From a virus (lineage: Duplodnaviria; Caudoviricetes): DNA of 64,000 nt. This document shows, piece by piece, positions 57,048 to 64,000 of this stretch. The first letter of the stretch is position 1; each line of letters begins with the position of its first letter. Where the stretch lies: the IMG/VR virus record IMGVR_UViG_3300028888_000084, positions 1 to 64,000 of that record; one strand, written 5' to 3'. The notes beneath the pieces were generated by a model that was not told the DNA's origin, searched no databases, and saw only the letters and a list, made by a program, of their open reading frames with translations. A program made the translations under genes and the position numbers.

Positions 57048-60000
57048 TTACTTTCTTTTACTTGTTTTTTGTATTGCTTTATTTTTAAGAGTTCTAAATG
57101 AATTTATAAATTCTTCAGCATTATTTGCATTAACTGTTATTCCGCTAATATTAAATATTTCATTATATCCGTTATTATATAATGATGATACGTCTGGTGT
57201 AGAAAGTGAATTTATAAATGAAGCTGGATCTTGTGCAAATTTCATTAATGTTTGTGTTTCTGGATTAGGTACTACCCCACTTCCTTTTGGAAGTAACCTT
57301 AATTCAGCACCTTCTTCGCCTACTAATGCAATATTATCATCGGTAGTTCCTTCTGTACCAGAAGCGTATCCAAGTACCTTGCTGACAACTGATTTGGCGG
57401 CATTTTTAACAACACTAGGTAACGAAGAAGAATTGATAACACTTTTAGCAACTTTACTTATCGTTTCTTTACTAGAACTACTGCTAGAACCACTTGATTT
57501 ACTACTTGATGAACTTGACTTACTACTAGAAGAACTAGATCCGCCACCAGAACTACTTCCAGAAGACATATCTACGGCTTTAGCTTGATAATTGCCTGCT
57601 TCACCACCAGTAATAGTCCATGCACCAGATTTATTCACTATAGTACTACCTACAGGAACATTATCCGTTACTTTATTACTTGAATTTACATTAACGGCAA
57701 CAGATTGACCATTAGGTAATATAGCCCATGTTTGACCGCTATTACCTATCATAGATTGTGCTTGTCTTACTTCTGATGCTAAGTTGCCACTAGCAGTATA
57801 TTGATTACCCTTTTGTGTGCTTGTAAATGATTCAGAATCACTGCTATACTTCATATCGTAAATTCCACTATTAATCATTTGCTGTGATTGTGCTACTTTC
57901 ATAGCAGCTTTTGCATAAGATTCAGCATACTTATCTATTAAATCAGTTCTTTGCTGTAAAATACTCTTTTCATCGGCATAGCCCTCATACATCAAGGCAG
58001 TTAATCTTGTTTGTTCCTTATTATATGCATTTACAGTTTCGTTCCATTTATTCTTATATTCTTCCCACGACTTAATTTCTTCGTCTATAGCATCTATACG
58101 TTTTTCTTTTTCTACTTCCGCCGTATAATCATCTATATCTTTTTGTGCAGCATTTACAGCAGTTTGATCTTCTTCATAAACAAATCCCTGACCTTTACGA
58201 TATATAAGAACTTTGTTACGTTTTGCTTCCGCTAATTTCTTTTCAAGTTCAGCAAGTTGTATAGCTCTTTCACGTTCTTTATTATCTTTTTCTAATTCTT
58301 CTCTATCTTCTTGTAAAGATTTAATTCTGTCATCTATAATGTTATTAACATAATCAAGATAAGCCTCGTGAACGTCTAAATCTTGTTCTGCTATAGATTT
58401 TGCTGTATCGTAAATTTTTCTTGCTAATTGTTCTTGTTCATTTGCAAATTTTTCAGCTATAGCAGTATTTTGACCATAAATCTTTTCCATCATAGTCTGT
58501 TCTTCTGCTAAATAACTTAATTTTTGCTGTAAAGACCACTTATTATAGTAATCCATTTCATCTATGTAATTTTCGTGTAATTGTAACCAATTTTCATATT
58601 CACTTTCTATAGCTTGTGTTTGTAATTTATAAATTTCGTCACTTCCGCTTAAAAATTGGTCTTTAAAAAGATCACTATATAATTGACCATTCGGTGAAGC
58701 ACTAGTTTTACCTTCAAATTCATTATTGTAGCCATAATATCTATCTACAAGTTTTCTGTAAGCCTCTAAATATTGTTGATCGTTGATTAATTTTTTTTCT
58801 AATTGTCTTTTTAATTCTTTTAATTCATCATTATATGCTTGTGTCCATAGATTTTTACGACCTTTATATATTTCTTCTAAATATTTTTTGTATTCTTCTT
58901 CATAATCTTTTCTATTGGCAAAATATTTGTTGTTTAATTCTTCTAATCTGTCATAATAATCCTTTTCAACAATATAATCCATGTCAAGCTGATGTTTTAA
59001 GTCATTATAAAATGAATCAAATTGTTTTTTCCATTTATCTTCAGAAGAAGATGTAGAAGATGTTGAACCTGTTCCTGTTCCAGAACCACCTCCGAGAACA
59101 TCTGAAGCCAACTTTGCAGCAGCATCTGTTAGTTCTTTAGCAGCAGTATCAGAATTTTTTCTAATAGCAGCTGCGCTTTTACCTAAATTCGTTTCCTGAT
59201 GATATTCACCAGGTTGACCTACATTAGGATTGTCTTTGTGATGCCATAAATTACCTTCTTTATCTAGATAAATCGAATCTTGACCTTGTGTTGCATCCGA
59301 CATCCAAGGTAAATCTAAAAACGAATTCATCGCTTCTAACCATGCTGCCTGTGCTTTTCCGGAATACGTTATAGCATCCGCAGCCATTTTCATGTTAGAT
59401 ATCTTAAATCTAGCAGCATTTGCGTCATATTCCACACCTAATTGTGCAAATAATGTTTTATTTGTATTATATACATTGGTCTTAAAATCTGTAGTACTTG
59501 TATAAGCATTACGTAACTCTTCTTTATATTTATCATAAAGACCATTTTGCTTATTTTTTAATATTTGATATAATTCTTGTTCATCTATTAAACCAGATAA
59601 ATATTTTGTTAATTCCAATGATAATTCTGGATATTCTTTTATTAATTCATCAAGTTGTGATTTTGTTAATTCGTTACCAGATGCCAAAGAATCCATTATG
59701 TCGCCCAATCCATTTATTTTATCCAATGTATCAGACATGGTTCCTAAAGCACTAGATAAATCTAATGCATCGTCAGCGGCTTTATCTGATTCTTCGCCTA
59801 TATTCTTTATTTCGTTTACAACTTGTTCTACTTCTTCTTTTGTTAATTTATATTCATCTTGAAGTTTTGCAAGTTTTTCAACCATTGTATCCGTATTTAA
59901 ACCTTTTTCAATGGCTTCACCTAGCCACTTTTGGTCGCCAGTAGTTATTAATTCTTTAAATATATCTTTATTTGTTTTCACATATTCTTTGGCTATATCA

Positions 60001-63000
60001 CGAAAATATCCAGCTACGGCTTTATTTCCTTCCTTTTCTGCTTTCACCGCCGCTTCTTCTGCTTTTTGTATTAAATAATTATAAGATTCATCAATGGTTT
60101 TTTTATCTCCACTTAATTTGGCTTCTCTATATTTATCTTCTGCATCTTGCACTTCAGATAATTCGTTTGTATAAGAAGATTTAACTTGTAATTCTGTTCC
60201 TTCTTTTATAATTCTAAGGCGTTCATTATACTTATCTTGATCACCTATTGCTATTTTTAATGCATTATCAATATCACTCAAATGTTTTGCAAAATTATCA
60301 TCATTCAACAATTCTCTGTGAATACTTTGATATTCTATAAGTTTATCTTTTAATTTTTGTAGATTATCTATTTGTTCATTTCTACTTTTAGCTGTATTGT
60401 TGAACTGTGTTCCATCTGTAGACCATACCGATTTAAACCCAGATTCTTCAGCCATTTGTAAAACATCTTTTCTTACTTGATCATTTGAAAATTTAGCGCT
60501 TATACGACCTGCAATCAATGGTGTGCCATTAAGCCAGTTTTCTGCATTATGATATGCTGTTTCAATTTCACCCCATGATTTTAATGCCCTTTTAGAATCT
60601 AATTCATCTATTTTTTTTATTTGTTCACTAATACTGTCTGTTACAGTATCAATAGCACCCTTTTCCATGCCGTATTTTGTTACTAATGTGTCTTCTATTT
60701 CAATTAATCTTTGTCTTGCTAAATACGAATCTGTTATTGAACTATTTGAATCATCATAAGTTTTTCTTAAATCTGATATTTCTTTTTTTATATTTTCTAA
60801 TTCTTCGTTTTCTTCTTTAAGTGTATCTATCGAATCTATCGCTTTTGAACGTAATTCATCTTGTTGTTTATTATAGTAATTTATACCAAGCGATACTACA
60901 CCAAAAATTAACGCTATGCCACCCAAAGCTGCTTGTAACGCCGTGATAGCACCAGCTGCTGTCATTCCAGATGTAGTTAAAGAATTTAACGTAACAGATC
61001 CACTTGCAACACCGCTTACAAATGATGGTATACCTTTTATCATAGCCCACATGTTTCCTAAAAGTGTCACAAACGCTACACTTAATTTTGAGAAATAAGG
61101 CAAAACAAATTTTATTCCTTGTAAAACTATTATTCCACGAACAAATCCATTATTTAATAAACCTACTAATTGTGTTAATATGTCTACTAATCCTTTAAGA
61201 ACAGCATTTGAATGCAAGGAAAGTAAAAATTTCTCCCATTCTGCTTTAAGTTTATTTAAAGATGCTTCTAAGCCTTGGTTATATGCTTCCATTCTTTTTT
61301 CTGCTGTTCCAGATGCGTTCAATGCTACTTCGTTTGCTTCAAGAACACGATTCCAGTTTGTTAAAATAACGATACCGTTTTCACGTTGTCTTGTACCAAA
61401 CATAGCTGTAGCAATAGCATTTTGTTCTAGGTCATTTAATTCATTAAATCGTTGACCTACTTCACCCATTACATCATCATAATCACGCCATGCGCCAGTA
61501 TTATCACGTAATGCTATTCCTAATTTATTAAGAACACGTTCAATATCGTTTATTCCCTCAACTTCTTCAGGATGTTCGGCATCTTCAAATTTATTTATTT
61601 TAACATTACCAAATCTTGCATACATTGTCTTCATTGCTTCACCGACAACTTGTGCGGATTTCTTTGTTGTTTCACCTACAATAGAAATTGTTGCCATAAG
61701 CTGCGACATGTCAGAACCAGCCATTTTAGCTGATGCTGCGGTTCTTGACATAGCCTCCATTATGTAACCAGAAGATACAGAATATTTCATGTCCAATTCT
61801 GTAGCCATATCTATAATTTTAGATACGTCTTCTACTGCAACCCCATATCCCTTCATGGCTGATATCATATAATCAGTTGCTTCGGCTGAATCAATCATAC
61901 CTAATGTTGATAATGTTAATGATTGCTTGATTAACTCATTTGATTCTTCGGCACTAAAGCCCATTCTTAAAAATTCATTGGCTGCATTTGCAACTACACC
62001 TGTAGTTCTACCCATGTCTTTAGCCATCTGATTATATGTCATTAACATTTCGTTGGTTTGTGCTCTTGTATTTCCAGTAACTATTTGTAAATCAACCAAT
62101 GTTTTATCTAATTCTTTTATTGTATCTATAGATTGCCTTAATTGTTGTATAGCAGCATTTACTGCTTGAAATGCCAACGCAGCTGGTGTTAATGCAGATA
62201 TAGCACTTTTAAATCCACCTTGCAATTGTTGCAAAAACGAAAGCTGTTGCGTTCCTTTAGCATTTATTGCATCAATAGATGATGCGTATTTTTTGTTTTC
62301 AATTTCTGCCGCAGCCTCTACTTGATTAACACTTGTTAATTCTTGTGCTACTTGCCTTTTTTGTTCTACATCCCTTTGTTGTGCAGCTTCCACATCTTTC
62401 AAGCTAGATATGTATTTACGCATTTCTTCTTCATTATATTTACCAGATTCCATATCTGTTTCTGCTTGCTTTATTTTTAATTGTGTATCATGAAGTTTAG
62501 CAAGTGCATTTACATAATCGTTTATAGATTTAGTTTGTTTTCTTGTTTCTTCGGCGTCAGCTCTTTTTGTTCCGTTTATATCATTAAGTTCAACATCTAA
62601 CGCATTTAATTTTTCTTTTATATTTTCAACTGCTGACATATATTCTAGATCATCAGTTATATTGTTGAGATCTTCATACGCATCTTTTACTTGGTTTATA
62701 GTGTTTTTAAGCACTATAAATTTTTCACTCGCTTCATCTAGTCTTAAATTCTTTAAATTGTTAGCAGTTGTTTGTATTTTTTTACCTAAATCATCTATTC
62801 CTTCTAATGATATGTTTTGATCCCAATTTATTTTAATGCCATGACCCTTACCAAAAGTTTTATTAAGTTCCGTTTTTAATGATTTCTCAATTTGTTGTGC
62901 TATTTTTTTTGCATTTTGATTGTTAAAATCAAACTTTAAGTCAATTTTATTTATGTTTTTATTCGATTCTACTGCTTTTATCGCATCTTTAACCTTTTCT

Positions 63001-63062
63001 TGTACTTGTTTTTCATCTATATCTGCACCTATAAGAATATTAAATTGATCAAGATTTGACAT
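57048..63062 (-). CDS. phage tail tape measure protein
   Basis: 2004 aa, helical; TP901-type core (ELD..L.DL..VTG...F.R.G...), hydrophobic middle segment, C-terminal YASGT..A.VGE.G.EL..LP.GS.V.PN. Confidence 0.92.
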   Translation of the reverse strand: MSNLDQFNILIGADIDEKQVQEKVKDAIKAVESNKNINKIDLKFDFNNQNAKKIAQQIEKSLKTELNKTFGKGHGIKINWDQNISLEGIDDLGKKIQTTANNLKNLRLDEASEKFIVLKNTINQVKDAYEDLNNITDDLEYMSAVENIKEKLNALDVELNDINGTKRADAEETRKQTKSINDYVNALAKLHDTQLKIKQAETDMESGKYNEEEMRKYISSLKDVEAAQQRDVEQKRQVAQELTSVNQVEAAAEIENKKYASSIDAINAKGTQQLSFLQQLQGGFKSAISALTPAALAFQAVNAAIQQLRQSIDTIKELDKTLVDLQIVTGNTRAQTNEMLMTYNQMAKDMGRTTGVVANAANEFLRMGFSAEESNELIKQSLTLSTLGMIDSAEATDYMISAMKGYGVAVEDVSKIIDMATELDMKYSVSSGYIMEAMSRTAASAKMAGSDMSQLMATISIVGETTKKSAQVVGEAMKTMYARFGNVKINKFEDAEHPEEVEGINDIERVLNKLGIALRDNTGAWRDYDDVMGEVGQRFNELNDLEQNAIATAMFGTRQRENGIVILTNWNRVLEANEVALNASGTAEKRMEAYNQGLEASLNKLKAEWEKFLLSLHSNAVLKGLVDILTQLVGLLNNGFVRGIIVLQGIKFVLPYFSKLSVAFVTLLGNMWAMIKGIPSFVSGVASGSVTLNSLTTSGMTAAGAITALQAALGGIALIFGVVSLGINYYNKQQDELRSKAIDSIDTLKEENEELENIKKEISDLRKTYDDSNSSITDSYLARQRLIEIEDTLVTKYGMEKGAIDTVTDSISEQIKKIDELDSKRALKSWGEIETAYHNAENWLNGTPLIAGRISAKFSNDQVRKDVLQMAEESGFKSVWSTDGTQFNNTAKSRNEQIDNLQKLKDKLIEYQSIHRELLNDDNFAKHLSDIDNALKIAIGDQDKYNERLRIIKEGTELQVKSSYTNELSEVQDAEDKYREAKLSGDKKTIDESYNYLIQKAEEAAVKAEKEGNKAVAGYFRDIAKEYVKTNKDIFKELITTGDQKWLGEAIEKGLNTDTMVEKLAKLQDEYKLTKEEVEQVVNEIKNIGEESDKAADDALDLSSALGTMSDTLDKINGLGDIMDSLASGNELTKSQLDELIKEYPELSLELTKYLSGLIDEQELYQILKNKQNGLYDKYKEELRNAYTSTTDFKTNVYNTNKTLFAQLGVEYDANAARFKISNMKMAADAITYSGKAQAAWLEAMNSFLDLPWMSDATQGQDSIYLDKEGNLWHHKDNPNVGQPGEYHQETNLGKSAAAIRKNSDTAAKELTDAAAKLASDVLGGGSGTGTGSTSSTSSSEDKWKKQFDSFYNDLKHQLDMDYIVEKDYYDRLEELNNKYFANRKDYEEEYKKYLEEIYKGRKNLWTQAYNDELKELKRQLEKKLINDQQYLEAYRKLVDRYYGYNNEFEGKTSASPNGQLYSDLFKDQFLSGSDEIYKLQTQAIESEYENWLQLHENYIDEMDYYNKWSLQQKLSYLAEEQTMMEKIYGQNTAIAEKFANEQEQLARKIYDTAKSIAEQDLDVHEAYLDYVNNIIDDRIKSLQEDREELEKDNKERERAIQLAELEKKLAEAKRNKVLIYRKGQGFVYEEDQTAVNAAQKDIDDYTAEVEKEKRIDAIDEEIKSWEEYKNKWNETVNAYNKEQTRLTALMYEGYADEKSILQQRTDLIDKYAESYAKAAMKVAQSQQMINSGIYDMKYSSDSESFTSTQKGNQYTASGNLASEVRQAQSMIGNSGQTWAILPNGQSVAVNVNSSNKVTDNVPVGSTIVNKSGAWTITGGEAGNYQAKAVDMSSGSSSGGGSSSSSSKSSSSSSKSSGSSSSSSKETISKVAKSVINSSSLPSVVKNAAKSVVSKVLGYASGTEGTTDDNIALVGEEGAELRLLPKGSGVVPNPETQTLMKFAQDPASFINSLSTPDVSSLYNNGYNEIFNISGITVNANNAEEFINSFRTLKNKAIQKTSKRK

Positions 63063-63080
63063 TCTACATTTTCACCACCT

Positions 63081-63617
63081 TTAGTATCTTATTTTTACTA
63101 TTTTTTGTACTGATTTTGAAAAACTATCATTTGATTGCATAGATGATAATTTATCAATAACAGCTTGTAACCATTGTTTTGTTTCACGTATCATATGTGC
63201 ACCCTCACGTTTTTCTTCTTTATGTGGAATGGCATGACCTTCTTCTAACCATTCTATTAATTGACCTACAGGTATTTTGTCGAAATTAAAGTCGGCATGT
63301 GCATTAAACATCCTGCTATTTTCTTCAAAATCACTACGTGAACGACCTCTATTTGTAATTCTTGATTTCTTTATCTTTCTACCATCAAAAAGAACCTTAT
63401 ATCTTTTTGTTGCTGCTGAAAAATTGACTGATATGGATTGTAAAACCTCACCTGTTCTAATATAATAGTCGCCTTCAGACATATTTTCATATAAATTTCT
63501 TTTGGTAGATCCATATAAATAAGCTGCGGTGGCAATAGCTAACGACTTTCCTCCTTGCTCAATATCTGATTTTAGTTCAGATAAAAGTTCACGCATATTA
63601 ATACATCTTCTAGCCAT
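63081..63617 (-). CDS. putative tail completion protein (HK97 gp10-like)
   Basis: Y.RTG..L.SI...WLEEGH motif; immediately upstream of the tape measure gene. Confidence 0.55.
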   Translation of the reverse strand: MARRCINMRELLSELKSDIEQGGKSLAIATAAYLYGSTKRNLYENMSEGDYYIRTGEVLQSISVNFSAATKRYKVLFDGRKIKKSRITNRGRSRSDFEENSRMFNAHADFNFDKIPVGQLIEWLEEGHAIPHKEEKREGAHMIRETKQWLQAVIDKLSSMQSNDSFSKSVQKIVKIRY

Positions 63618-63641
63618 ATCCTATACCACCTCCATAATATT

Positions 63642-63974
63642 TTATTCTTGTTTAGTAATAATATCCATAATACTTGATATTCTTGGATCATTAAAGTTTA
63701 TAACTTGTGCCAATTCATCTAATGTTTCTTTATTTTCGCTTAAATAATTCGTAACTTCGCCCATTTGTTGTGCCAAATCAGGAAGTTCGTCTACTTTTTT
63801 ATCTAAATATTTTGTTATATCAACACGTTGTGCAAAAAATAAAGCTAATGGTATCAATTCTTCATCAACTTCTGCAACTTTATTATATAACTCAATAATA
63901 TTTTCATCTTGAATATATTTTGTTAAAATTGGTTCTAAAACCTCATTTGCATACTCATCTGTTATTTTTTTCAT
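63642..63974 (-). CDS. hypothetical protein, tail module
   Basis: 110-aa acidic ORF with AAAGGTG RBS. Confidence 0.7.
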   Translation of the reverse strand: MKKITDEYANEVLEPILTKYIQDENIIELYNKVAEVDEELIPLALFFAQRVDITKYLDKKVDELPDLAQQMGEVTNYLSENKETLDELAQVINFNDPRISSIMDIITKQE

Positions 63975-64000
63975 AAAATTTCACCTTTTCCTTTCATTCC

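Noticed and set aside
57470-57560. Ser/Gly-rich repeat in the tape measure C-terminus
   Set aside because: This is a low-complexity coding linker, not an independent element.
892-63747. Numerous plus-strand ORFs in the track (e.g. 51978-52622, 55711-56085, 41733-42095)
   Set aside because: They are antisense shadows of well-supported minus-strand genes, with no RBS or protein motifs seen.
1-64000. Stop-codon reassignment
   Set aside because: Core genes are full length in the standard code; TAG and TGA both occur as real stops, and no suppressor tRNA was seen.

Overview
This is a very AT-rich, 64-kb segment of a large tailed bacteriophage, probably infecting a Firmicute (inferred from consensus sigmaA-type promoters, a SleB-like hydrolase, DnaE and a class III RNR). 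Essentially every real gene is on the minus strand; the plus-strand ORFs are antisense shadows. In transcription order (high to low coordinate) the window has five parts. (1) Tail module, 64-41.7 kb: tape measure, fibres and adhesins, baseplate-like genes and an embedded GT2. (2) Replication module, 41.3-34 kb: AAA ATPase, SSB, PD-(D/E)XK nuclease, primase-helicase and DnaE. (3) Nucleotide metabolism and accessory genes, 33.9-21 kb: M23 peptidase, HNH, adenine MTase, NrdH/NrdD/NrdG, FTR-like protein, dUTPase, ClpP-like protein and an RNA ligase. (4) Nucleic-acid repair cluster, 21-15 kb: phosphoesterase, Rnl1-like ligase, PNK-HD, MTase and DNA ligase. (5) Early hypothetical genes and a repeat-rich candidate origin, 13-0 kb. 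The two strongest unexplained signals are not in the ORF track. The first is an RNA-rich operon at 13.36-15.22 kb: HNH, a non-canonical CCA-ending tRNA mimic, a ~108-nt pseudoknotted RNA, a coiled-coil protein and a ~354-nt structured RNA whose 7-nt repeats recur against that protein's own ribosome-binding site. The second is an array of four 11-12 aa micro-ORFs at 32.9-33.1 kb, all starting Met-Trp and each with its own strong RBS. Protein calls come from motif recognition by eye and RNA structures from manual pairing; no searches or folding programs were run.
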